Shown here: piece after piece, positions 39,598-46,952 of the stretch
Layout: each line of letters begins with the position of its first letter
How positions within the stretch are numbered: position 1 is the stretch's first letter
IMG/VR virus record: IMGVR_UViG_3300023174_000002
Coordinates: 35,209-99,208 of that record
Reading direction: 5' to 3' (one strand)
DNA from: a virus
Length of the DNA: 64,000 nucleotides
Program-made: the position numbers and the translations under genes
The notes under the pieces: model-generated
Database searches by the model: none
Told to the model about the DNA's origin: nothing
The model's input: the letters and a program-made list of their open reading frames with translations, nothing else

Positions 39598-39743
39598 TCT
39601 TTACATGGACAGAGCAATTACGAAAGGGGAAGCCTACTGACCTTAACTGTGCTTGTTAGCAGTTAATTTAGCAAGCGTCGCAACGCAGGGTTATACGATA
39701 ACTAATCCTGCACGTTAACCTTTATTTACTTTTGGAGAATCGC

Positions 39744-40070
39744 ATGGCTGAGAAAGCAATTAACTATACCCCTGAGCAAACTGCCGCGCTTGTTGCTGAC
39801 TATCGCGATGGTATCAGCGTTGAGCAATTGGCAATGCAATTGGGTAAATCGGTACGCTCGATTGTTGCAAAGTTGTCTCGTGAAGGCGTGTATCAGAAAA
39901 AAGAATACAAAACCAAAACGGGTGAAGCCGTGGTTAAAAAGGATTCTGTTGCTGATGCAATTGGCGCAATCTTGCGCTTGCCTGAGAATGACATTGAATC
40001 GCTCACTAAGGCTAATAAGTCAGCATTAAAGGCAATCTTTGATGCATTGGCTAATTCCAAGCCGATTTAA
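39744..40070 (+). CDS. T5 A2-like DNA-binding protein, paralogue 1
   Basis: NYT.EQT..L...Y...GKSVRSIVAKLSREGVY...ESL.KA pattern of the A2/D3 family; GGAG RBS before ATG 39744. Confidence 0.75.
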   Translation: MAEKAINYTPEQTAALVADYRDGISVEQLAMQLGKSVRSIVAKLSREGVYQKKEYKTKTGEAVVKKDSVADAIGAILRLPENDIESLTKANKSALKAIFDALANSKPI

Positions 40071-40097
40071 ATAAAGGGCGAAAGCCCTTTATTTAAT
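40068..40097. terminator. Intrinsic terminator
   Basis: TAAATAAAGGGC-GAAA-GCCCTTTATTTA hairpin. Confidence 0.75.
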
Positions 40098-40106
40098 TTA
40101 TAACGA

Positions 40107-40240
40107 CCAGGCTGTTGCAAAAAAACAACAGCGCTGGCGCCAAATTATAGCATATAATTTGGGCGCGTGTCAAGGGGGTGGGCGAAAATACAACACTAGG
40201 GAAAACCCCTAGTTGACCTGCTCGATTTTTGGTGTAGAAT
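40107..40240. repeat. Intergenic palindromic cassette, copy 1
   Basis: TGTTG..CAACA palindrome + GGCGCC-AAATTATA..TATAATTT-GGGCGCGTGTCAA + AAAATACAACA-CTAGGGAAAACCCCTAG + forward promoter. Confidence 0.85.
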
Positions 40241-40247
40241 TATGGTC

Positions 40248-40610
40248 ATGGATAAGTCACTAATTCTTCAGCGTGTAACGCAACGAGCCGACAAGGTATG
40301 GCACGACTTTACCTTGTTATATCCTCAATTGATTCGTTTTAATAAACCAACTATTGAATTAAATGGTCGGTTTACTAAAACAGCCGGTCGGTGCTGGATG
40401 GAAACCAATCATATTGAGATTGGGACTAAGTTTGTTATTGCCCATTATGATCAGATTATGGGCGAAACAATTCCGCATGAAATTGCACATCAGGTTGATT
40501 TTAACTTGAATGGCAAACCACGCGGTAATCGTTGGCATGGCCCAACATGGCAAAAGATTATGCAATCTTATGGATTGCCTCCCGAAACTTATCATAGCAT
40601 GGACGTTTGA
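40248..40610 (+). CDS. SprT-like zinc metalloprotease
   Basis: RFTKTAGRC, HEIAH zincin motif, HGPTWQKIM. Confidence 0.85.
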   Translation: MDKSLILQRVTQRADKVWHDFTLLYPQLIRFNKPTIELNGRFTKTAGRCWMETNHIEIGTKFVIAHYDQIMGETIPHEIAHQVDFNLNGKPRGNRWHGPTWQKIMQSYGLPPETYHSMDV

Positions 40611-40817
40611 ATGTTAGCATGGATTGGCACAATCAGCAGTATAATGGGATCGTTCCTTGTTGCTTTCGGCATAATGAATTGGGGTTATATTTGCTTTATT
40701 ACCGGAACCCTATCATGGTTAATTATTGCAATAGCACGCAAAGATAAAGCATTGGGCGTATTAAATGGCGCATTTTTAATTGCCAATATAATCGGAATTG
40801 TTCGTTATGTAATTTAA
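40611..40817 (+). CDS. Small three-helix membrane protein
   Basis: Almost entirely hydrophobic 68 aa. Confidence 0.6.
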   Translation: MLAWIGTISSIMGSFLVAFGIMNWGYICFITGTLSWLIIAIARKDKALGVLNGAFLIANIIGIVRYVI

Positions 40818-40822
40818 TATGA

Positions 40823-40978
40823 CCAGGTGTTGTATTTTTACAACACGCTGGCGCCAAAATTATATCATAATTTTGCGGCCCGTGTCAAGGGGGTGTGCAA
40901 AAATACCACACTAGGGGAAACCCTGCGACACCGTGTCGCACCTTGGGCGCTTGCACAATCCAAAAAACCCTGTATAAT
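40823..40978. repeat. Intergenic palindromic cassette, copy 2
   Basis: GTGTTGTATTTTTACAACAC + GGCGCCAAAATTATATCATAATTTTGCGGCCCGTGTCAA + CTAGGGGAAACCC + TTGCAC..TATAAT. Confidence 0.85.
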
Positions 40979-41004
40979 ACTCTACATGGATCGGAGATAA
41001 AACG

Positions 41005-41175
41005 ATGGCAACTAAACTGCACTTAGCACTGGCAATGAAAAAAGCCAGTAAACCAGATAATCGGGCGCATAAGCCCCTATTTGTGAATAGCCCATTTAAG
41101 CCAAAGGTTATTCCAAATAAAAAGAAAACAAAATTGGCTAAACTTTTTAATGGTTGGGGATTTGGCGATGAATAA
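41005..41175 (+). CDS. Small basic protein, ArfA-like candidate
   Basis: Not in the ORF track. 56 aa with DNRAHKPLFVNSPFKPKVIPNKKK; GGAG RBS. Confidence 0.5.
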   Translation: MATKLHLALAMKKASKPDNRAHKPLFVNSPFKPKVIPNKKKTKLAKLFNGWGFGDE

Positions 41176-41365
41176 ATTTAATTTGATTGAACAGGCCGCA
41201 AGGTTTGAAACGTCGCAATTAACCCGCGACGAATTGATTTACTTTGTAGAATCTGTTAAAATGCACGAGATGATAGAATTGGATTATGAGGGTTTAGTAA
41301 AACGCGTTGAACGTACTGCTAAACACTTGGTTGATGTTGCACGTTTTTTTAACAAAGGAGAATGA
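41168..41365 (+). CDS. Hypothetical pre-early protein
   Basis: ORF overlapping both neighbours. Confidence 0.55.
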   Translation: MNKFNLIEQAARFETSQLTRDELIYFVESVKMHEMIELDYEGLVKRVERTAKHLVDVARFFNKGE

Positions 41366-41547
41366 TTATGTTTATGGCTAAAAGCACTAATGACGAAACC
41401 ATTATGTCAATTGGTAATTCCATTGAGGAAGTCTGGCAAGACTTGCAATTTGGATTTGAATTGACCGATGATGATTTTGAGGATTTAGAGTGGTTTGAGA
41501 TTGAACCAATTACCGTAAAACGTAAATTGGAATTCGTTATTGAATAA
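41362..41547 (+). CDS. Small acidic hypothetical protein
   Basis: AAGGAG RBS; Asp/Glu-rich. Confidence 0.55.
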   Translation: MIMFMAKSTNDETIMSIGNSIEEVWQDLQFGFELTDDDFEDLEWFEIEPITVKRKLEFVIE

Positions 41548-41555
41548 ATAACGAG

Positions 41556-41765
41556 CCAGGGTGTTGTAAATTTACAACACCGCTGGCGCCAATTTTACCA
41601 GTAAAATTGGGCGCGTGTCAACAAAAATTTAAAATTTTTGTGTTGTATTTTTACAACGCTGACCGCGCCAAAATTATACACTAGCCTGGCCCGTGTGTCA
41701 ATAGGGGTTTGTCCCTATGTTGTATTTTCGCAAAACCTGGCACAACCCGATTTTTCGTGTATAAT
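41556..41765. repeat. Intergenic palindromic cassette, tandem copies 3a/3b
   Basis: Two TGTTGTA..TACAAC + GCGCCAA..TGTCAA units, then an inverted TAGGG..CCCTA-TGTTGTATTTT unit. Confidence 0.85.
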
Positions 41766-41772
41766 TCACTAC

Positions 41773-42276
41773 ATGGACACAACGCAGGCAAACAAGATGA
41801 TTAAACGGATCGCAATTTATGACATGGACGGCACTATCGTGGATTCCAGCCACCGTTACCGGACTATTTTAACCGATGCTGGTGAGCGCATTGATATTGG
41901 CTATTGGCGAGACAATCAGCATTTGGCAATGTTGGATGGCTTATTGCCATTGGCTAATAAATTTTGGGATGACTTGGACGATCCAGAATGTTATACTATC
42001 ATTGCGACTGCGCGGGTTATGAATGATCCAGATTGGGAATTTTTGAATACTAAATTGGGTATGCCAGATTATGTTATTTCGCGTACCCGCGATGATCAAC
42101 AATCAGGTTCCACGCTAAAGATTAACGGATTGATTAAATGCTTTGAGACTGTTAATATCAATTTAGATAATCTGCAAGATGTTGTTTTCTATGAGGACAA
42201 TGTAGATTATCTCAAAGCGGTATGCGATTACTTTGGTTTTCGCGGTGTTTATATTCCTAGCAAACAAGGACACTAA
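41773..42276 (+). CDS. HAD-family phosphatase (nucleotidase-like, possible functional counterpart of T5 Dmp)
   Basis: Motif I YDMDGT, motif II ATAR, motif IV FYEDN; the ORF-track 5' extension runs through the repeat. Confidence 0.8.
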   Translation: MDTTQANKMIKRIAIYDMDGTIVDSSHRYRTILTDAGERIDIGYWRDNQHLAMLDGLLPLANKFWDDLDDPECYTIIATARVMNDPDWEFLNTKLGMPDYVISRTRDDQQSGSTLKINGLIKCFETVNINLDNLQDVVFYEDNVDYLKAVCDYFGFRGVYIPSKQGH

Positions 42277-42372
42277 AATGACTAACGGAAACGATCCAGA
42301 CAAAATTGTTTTTTATGCGCTGATTGCTAGCGTTTGTGCGGTTGCTTATCTTGTTTTTACCGGAGCGGTATA

Positions 42373-42744
42373 ATGAAACCATGGAATGAATTAACCCAAT
42401 TGGAGCAGTTGAATTGCATTTATTGGGATGCTTATAAAGAAGCGCATGGTATTCGTCCACGTTGGATTGATACTAGCACTTGGACTGTGGAACAATTCGA
42501 GCGTGAAATTCAGGAATTGTCGGATATTGCCGATCGTGCTAATGCACAACGCAATGCTGATGAATTGGCGGAATTTGAGAATGTAAAAGCCCGCATTCAT
42601 CAATTGCAGGAAATTCACGGTTTCGATTGGAATCAGGCCGTGAATTGGATTGATCAGGAAATGGGTACTAATGGCGACATTAGTTTCCTAGAATTTGAAT
42701 TGGGTATTCCCTACGGTTCGCTTACACTGGAGAATGTGCAATGA
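42373..42744 (+). CDS. Conserved phage hypothetical protein
   Basis: YWDAYKEAHGIRPR motif; GGAG RBS before ATG 42373. Confidence 0.65.
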   Translation: MKPWNELTQLEQLNCIYWDAYKEAHGIRPRWIDTSTWTVEQFEREIQELSDIADRANAQRNADELAEFENVKARIHQLQEIHGFDWNQAVNWIDQEMGTNGDISFLEFELGIPYGSLTLENVQ

Positions 42745-42947
42745 GTTTTTTAAATTACGACATTCTGGATTGTTGTGGTGCTTATGGCCGCAAGGCCAAT
42801 TGGGACGATTGGGTTAATGGCCTAGACTTTAAAATTATTGATGGCCCTTATTTTAGCATTAAAGACTGCAATAAGTTAAGCCAGGAATATGACGAATTGC
42901 ATTTTCGTTCTGCAATGGGAATTGAATTCCGGGTGTATTTAAAATAA
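42741..42947 (+). CDS. Hypothetical protein
   Basis: GAYGR..DW..GLDFKI..GPY.SI motif; ATGA overlap with the previous gene. Confidence 0.6.
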   Translation: MSFLNYDILDCCGAYGRKANWDDWVNGLDFKIIDGPYFSIKDCNKLSQEYDELHFRSAMGIEFRVYLK

Positions 42948-42955
42948 ATAACGAA

Positions 42956-43169
42956 ATGTGTTGTAAAAATACAACACATGGCGCCAAAATTATACCATAA
43001 TTTTGCGGCGCGTGTCAAGAAAAATTTCGTAAATTTTTCGTGCTGTTGTATTTTTACAACAGCTGACGCGCCAAAATTTTACCACCAAAAAATTTTTTTG
43101 TCAATAGGGGAAAACCCCTATGTTGTATTTTTGCACTTCCTGGCACTGGGCGAATTTTCGTGTTATTAT
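42956..43169. repeat. Intergenic palindromic cassette, tandem copies 4a/4b
   Basis: Same organisation as copy 3, including TAGGGGAAAACCCCTA-TGTTGTATTTTTGC. Confidence 0.85.
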
Positions 43170-43208
43170 CTTAACTCGGCGTCTTGCCGTGGCTCACCTT
43201 TACCTATC

Positions 43209-43910
43209 ATGGCCAAAAAGCAGTTTTTCGCAATTCTCGACACCGAAACCACCTGCAATGATACCGTTGCAGATTTTGCAATTGTTATTTGTGATCGTAA
43301 TGGTCGCATTTACAATAAATGCGCGGTATTGGTTCGCAATCATTTTGATGCAATGGATCTTTTTTATGACAAAACAAAACAAAACGGTGAAATGTGGTCG
43401 CGTGAATACGCAAGCAAAAAGCAAACCCAATATTTTGCAATGCTTGATTCAGGTTCGCGGCAATTGGCGTCTATTGCCTCAATCAATGCGTGGATTCAAA
43501 AAGCCATTGGCAAATACAATCCTACATTAACCGCTTACAATCTGGCTTTTGATAAATCAAAATGTGCCAATACCGGAATTGATTTGTCGGGTTTTGCTGA
43601 ATCGTTTTGCCTTTGGCAAGCGGCAATTGGCAATATTTGCAAAAAGCAATATCGTCAATTTGCATTAGACAATCATTTGTTTAATGCTCCGACTAAACAT
43701 GGCAATATGTCCATTAAAACTACTGCTGAATCTGTTTTTGCGTTTTTAAATGGCCAATTTGTTGAAGAGCCACATACTGCATTAGAAGATGCACAAGATT
43801 TTGAATTGCCAATTCTGGTCAATGTTTTAAAACGTCGCAATTGGCGTGACAATATCATTGCACACGATTGGAAAAAATTCCAAGTAAAAGATTTTTACAA
43901 GGCAATCTAA
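43209..43910 (+). CDS. DEDDh 3'-5' exonuclease
   Basis: ExoI LDTETT, ExoII AYNLAFD, ExoIII HTALED; start taken at ATG 43209. Confidence 0.85.
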   Translation: MAKKQFFAILDTETTCNDTVADFAIVICDRNGRIYNKCAVLVRNHFDAMDLFYDKTKQNGEMWSREYASKKQTQYFAMLDSGSRQLASIASINAWIQKAIGKYNPTLTAYNLAFDKSKCANTGIDLSGFAESFCLWQAAIGNICKKQYRQFALDNHLFNAPTKHGNMSIKTTAESVFAFLNGQFVEEPHTALEDAQDFELPILVNVLKRRNWRDNIIAHDWKKFQVKDFYKAI

Positions 43911-43911
43911 A

Positions 43912-44253
43912 ATGGAAAATTTAGCATATTACATTGAATTCTTGGGGCTGAAAAGCCCCGTAGAATTAACGCTTAAAACCAAGTCAAATAAACATTCTGA
44001 TGCTCTTTACTTGCCAAAGTTTAATAATCGCGGCCATTTAAAAGCGCATAAAATTACTGTATTCCTGGGCAATCAAACCCCTAATTCTCGGCGTTCATTG
44101 GATGAATTGATCGCGCACGAATTGATTCACGCTTGGCAACAAGAAAATAACATTGCTGAATTTCACGGACTTAATTTTGTGTTGCAGGCAATTAGACTAG
44201 ACGAAAAATTTGATTTGCCTAATATTTACCTTGCTGAATTAGACGACGAATAA
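43912..44253 (+). CDS. SprT-like zinc metalloprotease, second copy
   Basis: IAHELIHAWQ...HG..F motif. Confidence 0.75.
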   Translation: MENLAYYIEFLGLKSPVELTLKTKSNKHSDALYLPKFNNRGHLKAHKITVFLGNQTPNSRRSLDELIAHELIHAWQQENNIAEFHGLNFVLQAIRLDEKFDLPNIYLAELDDE

Positions 44254-44312
44254 TCTACACTTGATTTTTTTACCTCAACCCGCTATAATATTACTTTACT
44301 GGAGAAAACGCA

Positions 44313-44639
44313 ATGGCTGAAAAGACTGTGAACTATACCCCTGAGCAAACCCTGAACCTTATTGCCGATTACAAAAACGGTTTTACCGTTGAAGAATTGG
44401 CTTTGCAAATGGGCAAATCGGTTCGCTCAATTGTCGCTAAACTTTCCCGTGAGGGTGTTTACGAAAAGAAAACCTATAAAACCAAAACTGGCGAAAAGGT
44501 TGTTAAAAAAGACGCGCACGCTGATGCAATTGGTGCAATCCTGCGATTGCCGGAAAATGACATTGAATCCCTGACCAAAGCCAATAAATCGGCATTGAAA
44601 GCAATTTTCGACGCATTGGCTAATTCAAAACCCATTTAA
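44313..44639 (+). CDS. T5 A2-like DNA-binding protein, paralogue 2
   Basis: About 84% identical to paralogue 1 (17 of 108 residues differ, counted by eye); own promoter at ~44262-44289. Confidence 0.75.
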   Translation: MAEKTVNYTPEQTLNLIADYKNGFTVEELALQMGKSVRSIVAKLSREGVYEKKTYKTKTGEKVVKKDAHADAIGAILRLPENDIESLTKANKSALKAIFDALANSKPI

Positions 44640-44649
44640 TTGGGCGTTT

Positions 44650-44680
44650 AATAAAACCGGCAATTGCCGGTTTTATTTTA
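44650..44680. terminator. Intrinsic terminator
   Basis: ATAAAACCGGCAATTGCCGGTTTTAT perfect palindrome with T-rich tail. Confidence 0.7.
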
Positions 44681-44687
44681 TGTAAAT

Positions 44688-45160
44688 CGTTTTAAAAACA
44701 ATAATAGTTATTGTTTTTAAAACGGCGCCCATTATACTAGTATAATGGGCAACGTGTCAAGGGGTTGTGCAAAAATACAACACTAGGGGAAACCCTAATA
44801 GTCAAACCAAAAACGCACCCATTTACACCCATTTTTTCGTTATAAATTTTGGAACCATATGGCGCCAAAATTGTATCACAATTTTGGGGCGCGTGTCAAG
44901 CGTTTTGCAAAAATACAACATAGGGACTTTCCCTAATAGGGTTTACCCTAACGGCAGATTTTGCCGTTGTTTTTTCACCACAGGCAGATTTTGCCGTTGT
45001 TTTTTCACCACACCGGCAAAATTTTTCTTATAAATTCTGGCACTATGCTGCGGCGCAGCACGACCCCAGGCGCGCTGCGCCAGTGCAAAAACTAGTGCAA
45101 ATTCTTGCAAGTGCTTACGCCTGGATTATACAGTGGTTGAGCTACCCTTGTCAAGTCAAT
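44688..45160. repeat. Repeat/palindrome-dense non-coding block (cassette copies 5-7 and a 30-bp tandem repeat)
   Basis: GGCAGATTTTGCCGTTGTTTTTTCACCACA x2 at 44953-45012; several palindromes; three leftward TTGACA promoters. Confidence 0.8.
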
Positions 45161-45252
45161 ATTTTTAGGCGTGGCACAAGCAAAAATTCAGTGTTGATTC
45201 TGCCCGCTAAAGCCTGTATAATATATTCTTAAGTTGATGAGGGAAACCAAAC

Positions 45253-45378
45253 ATGACAGACTTTCAAAGTGATCAAGAAGAATGGTGGCTAGATTGGAAA
45301 GACGAACATTTCGATTATCCTCAGTATCCGCAAAGCACGCCAGACCCTAGTAATTTTGATCTTGATATTCCCTACTGA
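45253..45378 (+). CDS. 41-aa acidic peptide ending in NFDLDIPY
   Basis: Not in the ORF track. Promoter TTGATT(45194)-17-TATAAT(45217), GAGGG RBS. Confidence 0.55.
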   Translation: MTDFQSDQEEWWLDWKDEHFDYPQYPQSTPDPSNFDLDIPY

Positions 45379-45430
45379 ACCCTGTATAATAGAATCTTCA
45401 ACAGCGCAGAAACCGAAACACAAAGGACAT

Positions 45431-45742
45431 ATGATGACTGACAAAACTGTAAATTACACCGCAGAACAAACCGCTCAAATTATCGGACTTTACACCACGG
45501 GTAACTCTGTGGAAATGATCGCCGAGCAGGTTGGCAAATCTGTGCGGTCGATTGTGGCAAAGCTCTCCCGTGAGGGAGTGTACATCCCCAAGACCGCGGC
45601 TAAGGGTCAGGGCCGGGTTACCAAGGCCGACCTGATCGGTCGCCTTGCCAACAAGTTTGCGATTGACGCTACCGAAATCGCTAGCCTTGAAAAAGCTGGT
45701 ATGGGTGCCCTAGAGCTCTTGGTATCCAAAGCCGGGGCATGA
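45431..45742 (+). CDS. A2/D3-family DNA-binding protein, paralogue 3
   Basis: NYTAEQT...GKSVRSIVAKLSREGVY...ASLEKA; AAGGA RBS; promoter TTGATA(45362)-17-TATAAT(45385). Confidence 0.75.
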   Translation: MMTDKTVNYTAEQTAQIIGLYTTGNSVEMIAEQVGKSVRSIVAKLSREGVYIPKTAAKGQGRVTKADLIGRLANKFAIDATEIASLEKAGMGALELLVSKAGA

Positions 45743-45802
45743 TCAACTGGGGAGAAGAAATTCTGACTTGATTCTTCTCCCCAAACCCTGTATAATATTA
45801 TT

Positions 45803-46445
45803 ATAGACAGTTAGGAAAGAGCTTATCTGAAAGGACAAAGCGCAGATACCGGCATCACGTACCACTACCCCGCCCGCAAGCATATGTATAGCTAGCAATT
45901 TGTAGTGCCAAGTACACGGCCGACGACTGTTTGTCTCAGTGGGTGACAGCGGCGCGTTACATATGCTGGCGTCTTAATTGTGGGGAATTTATGTTAAAGC
46001 CGAGCCACAGCCCTGAGCAGTTTACTCGATTTGTGATTTTAGTCACAAGTCTATTTTAGTGGCTAGTCTATTTTATTAGCTAGTCTTTTTACGAAATCCT
46101 GGACCCTAAGGTTCGCAACCCAGATGGCTACCAGGTGGTTGTAAATACCAAAACTTACCAAGTTGTCTAGAACTTGTAAATAACTTAGACAGTGTTCTTC
46201 CGGGACTTTACGAGAAGTGTGCAACTAGAGCAGTGCTGTCTAGCGGTTAGGCCCGCTAGTAAAAATATAGGCCCAGGGTTGATGACGTAGTGTGCTAGCG
46301 TTTGCGCTAGTTGCTCTGCCAGACCCTACCGCGGAATGACAGGTCGCTGTAGCAGACAAGCTCTGTGAAAACCACGTCAAACCTGCATTAAAAACTTCTC
46401 GAGAGTTCAAAAACCCGCAAGGCGACGGCCTTTGGCGGGTTTTTG
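45803..46445 (+). ncRNA. Candidate large structured non-coding RNA (~640 nt)
   Basis: Promoter TTGATT(45768)-17-TATAAT(45791), terminator at 46409-46445, no + strand ORF in the track, many complementary helices. Confidence 0.6.
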
Positions 46446-46446
46446 T
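46408..46446. terminator. Bidirectional intrinsic terminator
   Basis: CAAAAACCCGC...GCGGGTTTTTG. Confidence 0.8.
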
Positions 46447-46621
46447 TTGCGTACAGTATTTACCACAAAAAATATGGTCTTGCGCCAATATTATACAGTG
46501 CTAAATCTAATTTGTCAACAGTAAATTTTTATTTCTGACCCTAAGCCACAGCAAGCAGTCACCCAACAAAAAGCCCCACACAACTTGCGCTGATAGGGGC
46601 GATTTAGGGTCAGATTTGAGA

Positions 46622-46942
46622 TTATTGAGGATTTGGGCAGTTTTGGTGACTTAAACGGGTTTCTATAACCTGAAGAATACCTTTATTCACCTTTTCCAGA
46701 CTTTCTAGAAGTTCTGGGTTCATATTTAAGAGCTTAGCAATGTTTTCTATGTGCTCTGACTTTTTAGTAGGTACTTCACCACGCTTGTTCAAGTAGGCTT
46801 TTTTCTGGTAGACACCTAAACTTGAGAGCTTAGCAATGATACTACGCTCCGGCACCTCCAGCTCCTGTGCAATTTTTTGGACGTGAACGCCGGTTTTGTA
46901 TTGCTCTATAAGACGGTCAGTAATTTCTTTAGTATATTTCAA
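46622..46942 (-). CDS. T5 D3-like protein (A2/D3 family)
   Basis: KYTKEIT..LIEQY...RSIIAKLSSLGVY..ESLEKV; TTG start with AAGGAG; downstream of a D2-like gene as in T5. Confidence 0.7.
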   Translation of the reverse strand: MKYTKEITDRLIEQYKTGVHVQKIAQELEVPERSIIAKLSSLGVYQKKAYLNKRGEVPTKKSEHIENIAKLLNMNPELLESLEKVNKGILQVIETRLSHQNCPNPQ

Positions 46943-46952
46943 GTTGGTCTCC

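Noticed and set aside
41638-41772. ORF-track N-terminal extensions of the HAD gene and the exonuclease (42978-43208), and ORF 44767-45033
   Set aside because: They are translations of the non-coding repeat cassette upstream of the real promoters
40160-44900. GGCGCGTG in the cassettes as T5-style programmed nick sites
   Set aside because: The resemblance to the GCGC-containing T5 nick consensus is too short, and the motif is explained by the palindrome/promoter structure
40107-45160. Repeated cassette as a CRISPR array
   Set aside because: Copies are degenerate and separated by whole genes rather than uniform 30-40 bp spacers; no cas genes
45803-46445. tmRNA, RNase P RNA or a self-splicing intron
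   Set aside because: No tRNA-like GGGG..CCA ends or tag ORF, no GAGGAAAGUCC core, and it does not interrupt a gene; only a covariance search can fully exclude these
46240-46488. 82-aa minus-strand ORF inside the candidate ncRNA
   Set aside because: No RBS, crosses a bidirectional terminator, no recognisable protein features
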